Source: Oopsacas minuta
Taxonomy: Eukaryota > Animalia > Porifera
Assembly (NCBI GenBank): GCA_024704765.1
Contig: JAKMXF010000297.1
Coordinates: forward strand, 364,921-428,920
Direction: 5' to 3'
DNA: 64,000 nt
Below, piece by piece: positions 28,239-39,468 of the stretch (the first letter of the stretch is position 1; every line of letters starts with the position of its first letter). The position numbers and the translations under genes are program-made. Below the pieces are notes generated by a model, which saw nothing but the letters and a program-made list of their open reading frames with translations, was not told the DNA's origin and did not search any database.

Positions 28239-29325
28239 AATATTGATAAAATGTATTTGTCATATTTATAGGATATCATTACGGAAGAGTATGTACTCTC
28301 TGCTGTAATATTTCGCACGATAGGTAATGAAATTCATTTATGAAGCCAGTGATACACAACAATTTATTTTCGCGAGACATACGCGTGAACTTTTCGATCA
28401 GATGGGCAATGAGTATAGAATAATTCCCAGTATATAGAAACTTGTCAAGTTAAAGCAAATGCACTAAGACAAACGAAGTGCAAATCATTCGAAGATTGTC
28501 AAAATTCTCTATTACATGAATGAGCATTTGGTTCGTTGCTTCGCCCTTCGAGGTATCCATGACAGCTGAGGGCCTCAGGTTAGCTTAAGTATTAAACAAA
28601 CTATTTGATGTCATACCTATTTATCCCAAATCTACACTTTACGGCATTAACTCATCCATACTACGTACGTGCCCTAATGTATCAGAACGCTATAGCTCCA
28701 TCTTAGATTCTCGATAGAACTTCAGTTGAATGTCCCTTCTATTTCAGGCTCAAAATGACAATTTTAGATACGCCATATTTCCCTGACAAGCGCTCGGGTG
28801 CTTCTTTTTGTGGGCATTTTTTCTTATATATTTTTACGATTTTTGATAATACAAATGAGTTTGGGAAACTAAATTGTTGCACAGTCAAATGGGGCGAAAA
28901 TTTCATCAAAAAATTCTCCTAGAGGGTGGTGATAAATTCGTATTCATAAGTCTTGAAGCCTTTCTCTTGCCCCCGGCGCTTATTCAGTGAGATACGGTAT
29001 GAATATATACAATTCAATTGTAGTGAAGAGAGTCAGTGTTGCGAAGTGTTCGTGTCCACGTAGGGAAGAGTCAGTGAAGCGAAGTATACTCAATGCGGCT
29101 GAGTTTACATATTATCATGGATTATGGAAGTGTAAAGATGTAAAAAATGTTGAATAACCTTTAGATGAATCTTAGCCTACATAATAATAATAATAATATT
29201 TGTAAATAATTATTAAAAATTAAATACACTAGGAGCTACTAAAACGATAAATATATAAATACTAATCAAAGCTAGTCTAACATGTTTCTGTTAGTATGCA
29301 ACGAAATTCATTCACGAAAGTGATA

Positions 29326-30249
29326 TTATTGAACTTTAGGCTTTTCTTTCTTCTTGAGGGCTCTAGCGCGGATGGAGAGGGTTGCTTTTTCAGTGAGGTT
29401 AGCAATTACTAATTTGGGTAGAAGACCAGTAAGAAACACTTGGATTTCATGGGCGAAACAACCAGGAGTCACTGGTAGCTTCCCAACAGATCTCAATGCA
29501 GAATTTACATAGGAACCAGAGTCAGGGGAGAAAAAGCCTGGCCGCATCTTGCTCAATTTGGTAGAAACTATACCAGGTGGTATATATTGTATAATGATAG
29601 ATTTCTTATTCCTGTACTCATATTGTATACATCTTGTGAAGAAGCTAACAAATGCCTTAGTTGCTGAGTACTCAGCAAGCAAAGGGACCGGGTCTTCACC
29701 TGCTAAAGAACCAATGTTGATAATGATTCCTTTCTCGCATTCCAACATACGTGGAAGAACAATGCGAGTCATCTCTGCAACAGAAAGAGTGTTAACATTG
29801 ATTAGTCCTTCTAGAACATCTTTTGAAATTTCATGGAAATATTCTGGATGATCATAAGACATTCCTACATTATTAACCAGTACTCCTATCTCTAAGCCAG
29901 CTAGTTCTGATGTTAACATGTCATAAATATCACTTTTTGAGAAGTCAGCTGCTATCACCTTCGTTTCGACATTATACTTATCTCTCAGTTCTGCTGCTCC
30001 AGCCTCCAGCTTACTCAAAGTACGACTCACTAGAACAATACTCATCCCTCTCTTAGCTAATTGCTTTGCGTAAGCCTTCCCTATACCATCTGTAGCGCCT
30101 GTCACTACTGCCCACTTACCGTACTTTTTGAAGTCAATAGTTTTTGACAAGAAAAACACGTAAAAACAATACACGAGACTTAACAAGCCACACAATACGA
30201 ATTTAGCGATTAGGATGACTCCAACTAGGAATACGAATTCTGTAATCAT
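29326..30249 (-). CDS. HSD17B12: Very-long-chain 3-oxoacyl-CoA reductase / 17beta-HSD12-like SDR
   Basis: N-terminal TM; YGKWAVVTGATDGIGKAYA; LVNNVG; catalytic YSATK. Confidence 0.9.
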   Translation of the reverse strand: MITEFVFLVGVILIAKFVLCGLLSLVYCFYVFFLSKTIDFKKYGKWAVVTGATDGIGKAYAKQLAKRGMSIVLVSRTLSKLEAGAAELRDKYNVETKVIAADFSKSDIYDMLTSELAGLEIGVLVNNVGMSYDHPEYFHEISKDVLEGLINVNTLSVAEMTRIVLPRMLECEKGIIINIGSLAGEDPVPLLAEYSATKAFVSFFTRCIQYEYRNKKSIIIQYIPPGIVSTKLSKMRPGFFSPDSGSYVNSALRSVGKLPVTPGCFAHEIQVFLTGLLPKLVIANLTEKATLSIRARALKKKEKPKVQ

Positions 30250-31066
30250 CTCACAATACTAAATTAATCACTAATTACTTATCATAAATAAGGTCAGAAA
30301 AGTCAATAGGACGCATTATTTCGCATTCAATACTCATTAGAGACAACCAAACGAGTCTATCCTGACTAATGACGTTGAGTTGTGGGGGCCATGTTCGGCC
30401 GCACACTCCGGACACTCCTAAATCCGGTACTGAGTGTAATGTCTGTAAGTAGTAAAATAAAGGAAGATAAAATAATAGGGCGTAATATTGCATATTTACA
30501 TTTCTGGCATATCGCAGAAATACTTTTAGCAAATGATATAAAACTATAATTACAACCACTAATATGAGCATACAACAGTGATTATGTTAGATGTTAACGT
30601 TCTACAGGTAAATCTACGAAAGCGATAGCTCCGAAATGCGGGAGACTTAACAGATACAGTACAGCCCTATTACCATGTGTTAGCCTTTACTAATACTACA
30701 ACATTTGATGTAACCACTGAAATACGGCAGATGTAACACCCGTCAAAAACTTTTGCATGACAGGCCATGTAGTACTAGCATAATATTAACAACTACTGGG
30801 AACTTAGTAATACAGGGGCTTACAACTGACATGTTTTCATAGCACCATGGATGGTGCATAATAGTTGTAAGTTCTGTATTACCAAGTTCCCGCAACTACC
30901 CATAAAGATACACAGACCAGGAGCTGTGCTCCTAATAATATTCTGACAATATAATAATAACCTCAAATATTAATAAATGGATTATCAAACATTTCTAGAA
31001 GCAATGTATATATAAATATTGAGATTTATAACTCACTACACATGGAGAGAACTAATGCAAGGTAAA

Positions 31067-32600
31067 CTATCTTGTACCCTGTGGTGCAGGTGTAGGTACC
31101 TGTTGTATTGAACAGATCTTTGTTATATAATAGAGAACTCCACGGATAATACGGGATAAAATATCTGGACAGTAACGGTGGTTAGCAAAAGATATGAACA
31201 TCATCTCTAAGCCTTGAATGTTCAGTAGTATGTATGGGTTTGATCCTGACATTACACGCAGCTTAAAGAGACATATATTGATTAATTAACAAGCTGAAAT
31301 AATATAATAGTACATACTACATATCACATACGTATAGTAAATACAGTTTAACATTATTATATGTTGTGTATTGAACTGAAATTTCTATTTAGTACATTAA
31401 AAGTGCGGCAATTCAAAGATTGAACTATTATTTTATGCGAGTTGAGGGTATTTTGTCGAAGTGAATGTCCTCAGAGATGTGAACTCTTTGAAACGCTGAA
31501 CAGTGTCTCCTAACAAAACAAAGAGTCCACGACTTGTAATTACGGGTTTACTACAGAAGTTTGGAGGTTTGGAAGAATTCCACAAAAATAAAAATGATAA
31601 ATCTCATGGCCCAAAAATATTAGAGAACACTTCACTAAATGGAATAGTTACAGAACAGTGTTACCTTGAGGTAAGTAAAGTAAATAAAGGGTTGTAGTAT
31701 AGAAGCGTGTCCAGATGTTAAGTGTAAGATAGTGATTGGTAGAGCTAAGATCTCAAACATAGCACTGATCCTCATTAACTGAGCTTGATGGGAAGTAACT
31801 AGTTCAGAAAACTTTTTGATCTTCGGCCGCATTTGGGGTGAAAGTAGATTTACGAAACTTTTGGTAAATAACCCAATATTGAGCACTGCTGTGATTAGTA
31901 TAGGTATTGATAGAGGGAGGGTAGGGTAGCTTTTCAAAAAAATGAAAGCATAAGTGAAGGAGAGGAATGATTTCTCTAACATAGCGAATTGTATAAACTG
32001 CATGCTGAAGAATGGTATGGTACAACTTGTATACCGAAAGTAGAATCTTGCTAGATTCAGCACACAAGCTATAAATATAAATAGTTAAATACTACAACTA
32101 ATTAATTATTCAATACAATTGATGAGTATAACGTTACCGGTTAAGAAGATAAGATAGTAAGTAGTCGGTGTGTAGTAGTAGTCCTGAGCTAAACATAGAA
32201 TGATATACAACACTCCCATTAATAGTATGAAACATCTAGCACTAAAATAAGCCAATGCATCCTTATGAACAGATATGTATCTCTCGAATGGACTCTGATC
32301 ATGCTCTCTGTTAGCATTTGAATCTGAAGAAAATACATTGATTACATTAGTTAGGTAGATAGAATGGGTGGGCCGTGGGGGTAAGTAGTGTGACAACGTA
32401 TGATAGGCCATGCAGCCATGGGAGGGTATATACGTATGCGTTGGGATGTATAATTTCAGGAATTTTCGTGGTCCAATACTTGAAGGTCAAGTAGTGAATA
32501 GTTATACGTAAAACTTACTAGATCCATTCCTTCTCTCAGTATTATTGTCTTCCCCATTTTCTATTCTTGTACCGAATAATTTCGTCACAACACCTCCCAT
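31067..32600 (-). CDS. TMEM33: Transmembrane protein 33 (Pom33 family), 4 exons, 288 aa
   Basis: Exons 32600-32519, 32323-32138, 32068-31665 and 31261-31067 total 867 nt in frame. Motifs SYPTLPLSIP, SILQPFIYFTYLK|LRVMSGSNPY and ..CP.. resemble TMEM33. Exon 1 is inferred. Confidence 0.85.
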
Positions 32601-32992
32601 AGCGTATCTATTAATTATTGATTATCTCTCTTAGAAGAACAATGTGGCGTAGATTCAGCTTCCTCAACAGTCAGCTTATTACAACAGTAAAATAGTTTTT
32701 GAATTACAGACTCGCACTTGCTCTAATAACAAATATAACTCATAGAATATTATTTCACATAAAACATTGATAGCATTTTCTTGATTAATAAATACTTTAA
32801 CGAAAAAATACCGTTGCGCATATGTACTAATTTTCATTTTACCCACAATGACGCAATCAAAGTTCATGCCCATATATGGTAGTTTAAGTTTTAAGAATTT
32901 CGGAAAAATTTGACAAAAAGGAAAAAAATTACTGTGTGTTATCAATACCACTTAATATCTACCTATTATTGAGTTCATTCGCTTCGTAAGTA

Positions 32993-33146
32993 CAGTAGAA
33001 ACCGGAGAAGACTTACACCCTCGGGAAACAAAAATTAGTATGTACTATCCGAGGGTCCACGTTAGTTTATCCGAATAGGTATTGTATTATAATGAATGGG
33101 AACTAATGGGATCAAAGAAACAGTACGTCTTATCCGAGTTCTAGTG
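32993..33146. mobile_element. CAGT-type MITE (relatives near 4064-4115, 23662-23780, 48930-48990)
   Basis: Starts TA|CAGTAGAAACCGG and ends ...gtcttatccgagttctagtg|TA; shared ttatccgaatagg / ttatccgagtt motifs among copies. Boundaries approximate. Confidence 0.55.
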
Positions 33147-34699
33147 TAACAAACAACCTTGAATAAATTTGCTGAATAATATTTAGGCTTTTGGGTAATG
33201 AAATAAGTAGCTGAGGATTGAACTACTGGCGTATAATATGATTCATATCAGATATCTTTCATATAGGACCGTTATACGTATATTAGCAATTCCAACATGT
33301 GTTTCCTCCTGTTCATTGAACGACACATTTTATTCCTAAATATGGCATTGAAATATTCGTTGGTGGGCTGGGGTTCAAATACAGTACACTCCGCTTATCA
33401 GAACAGCACTGTTCCAATTGCAAAATAATTCGTTCGGATTAGTGAAATGCATTGAAACTGTCACGAAATATTTGGTTAGGCTGGACCAAATACGTATATC
33501 AGAAATATTTGGTCTGGGATAGCTTTGGCTCCGGCCAGATCGAAAAATATTACTGAAATATTTGCTCCATATGAATCCGGTGTAACAGTGAATAGTGTTC
33601 CCGGTAAATAATGTTCCCCCCGAAAATTATTACCTAGGGAATATGGTTCTCCTCTGTGAAGTGCTCCCCATATTCAGTGTTCGGAGGAACATTATCCACT
33701 AGGGAATTGTGTTCCTCGAACATTATAAACTAGGGAATCATGCTCCTAGGAGCTATCAAAAATGTGAATCCGAATTCGTAATATATACATCTATGCGGAT
33801 TAAGTCATTCCGCATGCGGAACTTGTACAAATTTAACCCGTCCCAACATCAAAATCTTAACCTGTTTCGTAAATATAAACCCAGATCCCCTCCCAACGGA
33901 AGTGTATTAACTAATGCAGACAAACAATCCCCAACATCTCTCAAAGCCTCAAATGTAGTACTTATCCCACATGCGGATTTACATTATTAATAGCTCAATT
34001 AGGGAATTTTACGTTACGTAACGTTTGAACGGCCCTTGAATTGGCAGAATGATAAATACGTACCTGATCGTATTGACGAGATTCAAGACAAATTTGTATA
34101 GCACAGGCTTCTCGTTGGCAATAGTTTGACTTATACGTTGAATTAGGACTATGCGTCTTATTAGATGAGAACAATGGCATCTATTAACTAATTCAGAATT
34201 TAATAAATATATAAGTTCTATAGTAATTCTATAGTAGTAAGTACTTAAGTGATGTATTCTAATTATTTATGTAACTTTGGAGATTCAACTCCCTCCTCCG
34301 TTTATTCCACCCCCTGTTTTGTTATATTTCCAATATTTTCCAACCCTCTCGTGTGTTCGTACCCGCAGAGTGCTGTAGTATTAGAAATTCATGGACGTAA
34401 AGTTCATTCTACACTTCGTTTAGTTCAATAGTAGCAAGTTCTCATGTACTTTGCGAAATATGAAAAACAATGCAAACACCTGCCGTATAGTATATCTGTC
34501 TCACCCGAGTGTATACTGTACAGTAGGCTATGACAGATTAATTATAGACCCTGGCCTACCAATGTTGATTTTGAAATTACATTCGATTATTAGTTGCCAA
34601 ATAGAATTTAATTCCAAAATGAACCTTAGAGAGAAAAATTCATAAAATACAGTAACTAAAATTCAGTAAGGATGATACAAAATATAATTTCCGTAAAAA

Positions 34700-34833
34700 A
34701 TTATCCCCGAGTCACGTAGTGCCGAGTATATTACCCGGTTTGTAGCGACCCAAACCATTAAAAAATATTTCTTACTTAAGCTAACCTGATGCACTAAGCT
34801 GTAGGCAGCCACCTAGCAAGCGAAGCGTGCTAG
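34700..34833 (+). mobile_element. Helitron-like 3' end fragment
   Basis: Ends ctagcaagcgaagcgtgCTAG|T; homologous to 42820-42974. Confidence 0.55.
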
Positions 34834-34893
34834 TATATGTAAATGACAAAATCTTATACAAAATATATTATTACAGCTAAAATTAAATCATGA

Positions 34894-35919
34894 TTAAATT
34901 TTGTTTGTATCAATTCCCAACATATCTTCACTCATTATCCAGAGTTTACGGGCAGTAGTCTTGTTGACAAACCAAAATAAATATCCTTCTGATGAGTTTG
35001 CAAAATATTTCCCTGATTTCCCTAGCACCTTATCTGACACAGCACAGTATATTGAAGTCTTAGCTCCTTGAGTAGGAGTATCCAGAAACATTCCTGATAA
35101 CAATGTATCCCGCGTCGCCGAGCTGATATTTGTTTGTACGAATCCTGGATGCACACTGTAGGTTTCTACGCCAGAGAGACGCAATCTCTCAGCAAGTTCA
35201 ACAGTAAATAATACATTGGCAAGTTTACTCTTTGCATAATTATGAGATATTCCACAGCCATTACCTCGTCTAACGTTCTCAGGAGTTAGATATGGGGTGC
35301 CTAACTTGTGGGCAATAGAGGATACATTGATAATCCTGCTGGGAGCTGATTCCTTGATTCTATTCAATAACAGGTGTGTTAGATAGAAAGGTCCTAAATG
35401 ATTCACACCGAATGCTAATTCAAATCCATCTACTGTATCTTCAGGTGTATCACTAAGGAGACCTGCATTGTTGATGAGAATATCAATTCGTGCTTCTTCA
35501 CTCAACAACTTTTGTGAGAACTCTTTTATCGATGCCATACTACCCAAATCGATTTGTCTGAAGAATATCAGTTCACTGCTTGATTCTGTTCTCAGGTTCC
35601 TTTCTGCTTCACTACCTCTCGCTTCATTCCTACATCCTATTATAACTCTAGCTCCTCTCTTAGCTAGGTCTAGAGCTGTAGCGTACCCTATACCACTGTT
35701 ACCGCCTGTCACAATAACAGTTTTACCGTCCAATCTCACTCCAGGACACTTGCGTCGTATATTAAACATATCAAATATGTGTCCATAGAAGAGAAAGTGT
35801 AAGATTGACGAAGCAGGTACAATAGACAACCAAAGGGTAGGGATGGGAATTAATAAGATTAGAGGGAAGATGAAGAAGAGAATAATTTCAATGATACAAA
35901 CAGTTTGAATTGTAACCAT
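34894..35919 (-). CDS. Retinol dehydrogenase 11/12/13/14-like SDR, copy A, 341 aa
   Basis: TGGNSGIG, GCRN, LINNAG, NVSS, YAKSK, VHPGFV. Confidence 0.92.
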   Translation of the reverse strand: MVTIQTVCIIEIILFFIFPLILLIPIPTLWLSIVPASSILHFLFYGHIFDMFNIRRKCPGVRLDGKTVIVTGGNSGIGYATALDLAKRGARVIIGCRNEARGSEAERNLRTESSSELIFFRQIDLGSMASIKEFSQKLLSEEARIDILINNAGLLSDTPEDTVDGFELAFGVNHLGPFYLTHLLLNRIKESAPSRIINVSSIAHKLGTPYLTPENVRRGNGCGISHNYAKSKLANVLFTVELAERLRLSGVETYSVHPGFVQTNISSATRDTLLSGMFLDTPTQGAKTSIYCAVSDKVLGKSGKYFANSSEGYLFWFVNKTTARKLWIMSEDMLGIDTNKI

Positions 35920-36436
35920 TCTAAGAATCAATAGAAGAGAGATAAATAATACAAGTTACGTTTTATAGCGAACATCTTCATAAAGAAACCTAAGTTAAGA
36001 GTGAGCCAAAATTAAGGAATTAGTAGTCATGTTTCTAGTGATCAGCCAGAAAAATTGAGTTAACAATAAGTTCTAGTTATAAAGTTGAAGTAAGAGATCT
36101 ACCAGGGTAAGTGACGTAAGCGTACCATTTTCAAAACCCTGGGTCAAATAGGGATGGAATCTTTGGGTGGAGCACAGCGAGACTCAAATACTTGCCTAGA
36201 AGAGACGTTAATTGGATGATCTAAAGAGAGCACGAACACCAGTGTCAATGTAGCTAATGATAATTTGGATTCACAAAAATTACACCTTACATATGATAAA
36301 TAGTGGCTTATTGATCGTCGAACGATAGAAGCATAAGGCAGATATTGTGGACGAAATCCAATGTTAAAATTTGACCTAAGTTCTGCTTATAAATATAACA
36401 AGCACAGTAGCACACAAGCAATAAATATACTAAATA

Positions 36437-36774
36437 TACTCTAACTTCCCTTATCCGGGCAGTCCCGGCCAGGATATAAGGAAAATGTACTTAAACAAAA
36501 TAGCATTAAAAATGAGGATATGGGAGGTGCCCGTATATGCGTATCTCAGAAATCCGGTTAACATGGGCGCCCGTAAGTCGTAATTCAGAAAGGAAATTTG
36601 AATGGCATTCTAAAATGTAAAAATTGACAATTTATAATTTATGGCTGAGTTTAAACAATATATTGCTCAGAGGTTATCGTAACTTGAGATCCGGATCCAA
36701 TCCTTCTGGAAAAATGGTGACCGGTTGAGGGAGGTGCCCGTATCTCGGAGGTCCGGATAAGGGAGGTTCGAGTG
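36437..36774. mobile_element. Tc1/pogo-type MITE between the two SDR copies
   Basis: TA-flanked; right end ggttgagggaggtgcccgtatctcggaggtccggataagggaggttcgagtg is the complement of the family left end seen at 1484. Confidence 0.75.
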
Positions 36775-36981
36775 TACAACAATAAAAATTATTATTCAAG
36801 GTAAAAAGATGGGATTGATGCCAATAACAATTCCAGTATAAACATGCAAATGTAAAATACATTTATTAGATATTATGAGCATAAATAATATTCAAATCAA
36901 CCTACAAATAAAAATATAAACATATTCTTTAAAATAGTTGAATACTCAAAGAAAATTATTATACGATAATTCGAATTGTAA

Positions 36982-38007
36982 TTAAACTTCGTTTGTATCA
37001 ATTCCCAACATATCTTCACTCATTATCCAGAGTTTACGGGCAGTAGTCTTGTTGACAAACCAAAATAAATATCCTTCTGATGAGTTTGCAAAATATTTCC
37101 CTGATTTCCCTAGTACCTTATCTGACACAGCACAGTATATTGAAGTCTTAGCTCCTTGAGTAGGAGTATCCAGAAACATTCCTGATAACGATGTATCTCG
37201 CGTCGCCGAGCTGATATTTGTTTGTACGAATCCTGGATGCACACTGTAGGTTTCTACGCCAGAGAGACGCAATCTCTCAGCAAGTTCAACAGTAAATAAT
37301 ACACTGGCAAGTTTACTCTTTGCATAATTATGAGATATTCCACAGCCATTACCTCGTCTAACGTTCTCAGGGGTTAGATAGGGAGTACCAATCTTGTGAA
37401 ACATAGAGGATACATTGATAATCCTGCTGGGAGCTGATTCCTTGATTCTATTCAATAACAGGTGTGTTAGATAGAAAGGTCCTAAATGATTCACACCGAA
37501 TGCTAATTCAAATCCATCTACTGTATCTTCAGGTGTATCACTAAGGAGACCTGCATTGTTGATGAGAATATCAATTCGTGCTTCTTCACTCAACAACTTT
37601 TGTGAGAACTCTTTTATCGATGCCATACTACCCAAATCGATTTGTCTGAAGAATATCAGTTCACTGCTTGATTCTGTTCTCAGGTTCCTTTCTGCTTCAC
37701 TACCTCTCGCTTCATTCCTACATCCTATTATAACTCTAGCTCCTCTCTTAGCTAGGTCTAGAGCTGTAGCGTACCCTATACCACTGTTACCGCCTGTCAC
37801 AATAACAGTTTTACCGTCCAATCTCACTCCAGGACACTTGCGTCGTATATTAAACATATCAAATATGTGTCCATAGAAGAGAAAGTGTAAGATTGACGAA
37901 GCAGGTACAATAGACAACCAAAGGGTAGGGATGGGAATTAATAAGATTAGAGGGAAGATGAAGAAGAGAATAATTTCAATGATACAAACAGTTTGAATTG
38001 TAACCAT
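36982..38007 (-). CDS. Retinol dehydrogenase-like SDR, copy B, 341 aa
   Basis: Near-identical tandem copy of 34894-35919 (offset 2088 nt) with the same motifs. Confidence 0.92.
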   Translation of the reverse strand: MVTIQTVCIIEIILFFIFPLILLIPIPTLWLSIVPASSILHFLFYGHIFDMFNIRRKCPGVRLDGKTVIVTGGNSGIGYATALDLAKRGARVIIGCRNEARGSEAERNLRTESSSELIFFRQIDLGSMASIKEFSQKLLSEEARIDILINNAGLLSDTPEDTVDGFELAFGVNHLGPFYLTHLLLNRIKESAPSRIINVSSMFHKIGTPYLTPENVRRGNGCGISHNYAKSKLASVLFTVELAERLRLSGVETYSVHPGFVQTNISSATRDTSLSGMFLDTPTQGAKTSIYCAVSDKVLGKSGKYFANSSEGYLFWFVNKTTARKLWIMSEDMLGIDTNEV

Positions 38008-38586
38008 TCTAAGGGATCAATAGAATGGAGTTTAATAATACACATTTCGCCAATAAGGAAAGATTAAGGAACTCTTAAATATCCAAATTTTAGAACTTGG
38101 GGGCAGCAGTAAGTTCTAATTTGAGAGTTCAAGCAGAAGATCTAAAGGGTAAGAGGCACAAGGGTACCGTTCTGAAAACCCTAGGCCAAATCTGGAGAGA
38201 ACAATTGGGTGGAGCATAGCGAGAGTCGAGTACTTGCCTAGCACGGATAGCAGTGAGATTAATTGAATGATCTAAAGCGAGCGACGAATATAGACACGCA
38301 GCTCTGGTGTCATTTTGCCCATAATATAATAGTTTTTGCACCACCCAAAATGATTCCTTTCATATTATTCATCGTCGAGCGGTAGAAGCTCAAGTTAGAA
38401 AATGTGGGTTGTACGAGAATCAATTTTAAAATTTGACCTGTAACTGCAACTAATAACTATATTTTCATGAATGTAATATCATATTTCTAACCAATCAAAT
38501 ATGAACAAGATAGACACAGATTAGAACAACCAGGAAGTTCAAAACCTAATATAAAGAAAGTTTTAGGAATAATTATATTGAACTAA

Positions 38587-38796
38587 ATGACAGACAACAA
38601 ATTCTTTCGGTCAATTAGCAACTCCATCTGGGGAGAAGATCGTGAATACAAGGCTAACTCATATTCAAGACATCTAGTACATAAAGCTTGGCATGACATG
38701 TATGACACAAAAGAAGATAGGAGAAGATCGGAAGAACATAGGGTTGAAATGGAAAGGATAAAAAAAGAGAAAACAGAGAAAACAAAAGAAATTTAA
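38587..38796 (+). CDS. Small 69-aa ORF of unknown function, charged C-terminus
   Basis: ATG start, non-repetitive composition, AATAAA at 38799-38804 just after the stop, ttttAG about 20 nt upstream. No recognised homology. Confidence 0.4.
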   Translation: MTDNKFFRSISNSIWGEDREYKANSYSRHLVHKAWHDMYDTKEDRRRSEEHRVEMERIKKEKTEKTKEI

Positions 38797-38999
38797 ATAA
38801 TAAATTTTCGGAATTTAGTATATTTACGTATGTTAGGAGCATAATGCTCCATCCTTGTGAGTGCATATACGTGTACATTCTAGGCATGTCGGGTACAACA
38901 TGTTAATGTATCCTCTAACTCTGCTAACAAGGATTTTCTATATCCTGTATATTTTACCCGTCTACTTTAAATAATACTAATTTCACATATGAATTTGAC

Positions 39000-39264
39000 C
39001 AATGCCGTAACTACTTTGTGTGGGCCCCCCGCCTAATTAGGTTGGTGGCCCCTCTTAAGCAAATCATGAAATTGGTTAGCAAATAAAGACCTAATGCAAA
39101 ATTAGGTATCAAAAACAAGCAATCAAATATGCATGCGAAATGTACAATTGTATTTATCAAAATAATTTTCGAATTATCAGCCAAGGGATAATGCCCGTAA
39201 TGGCCCCTTAGTGCTGGGGTCCTCCGCGATGGCGGTGTCGCTGGGGGGGGGTAGTTACGGCCTG
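39000..39264. mobile_element. hAT-type MITE (265 bp)
   Basis: TIRs CAATGCCGTAACTAC / GTAGTTACGGCCTG; 8-bp flanks aatttgac and aatgtgac (7/8 match, a TSD). Confidence 0.8.
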
Positions 39265-39468
39265 AATGTGACACAACTAGAATTCTGAATATTTGAGTCT
39301 GTTATAATACTGATACATATGTATTGATATATTAAACTAGGCTTGTCTAATGAAAGATAATATTCTATAGATGCACACACTAATCCAGTTACAGTTAAAC
39401 ATGTCATAAGAGAATAGAGAAAGTTACATCTGTGGCTAGTTGTGCATAAGGTGTGAACACCTGAGTAA

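Noticed and set aside
30798-30891. Hairpin as a SECIS element or RNase MRP CR-V (gtaatacaggggcttac)
   Set aside because: No AUGA/GA quartet with correct spacing and no in-frame UGA in neighbouring genes; no convincing GAAAGUCCCC partner upstream. The motif is already explained by the local stem.
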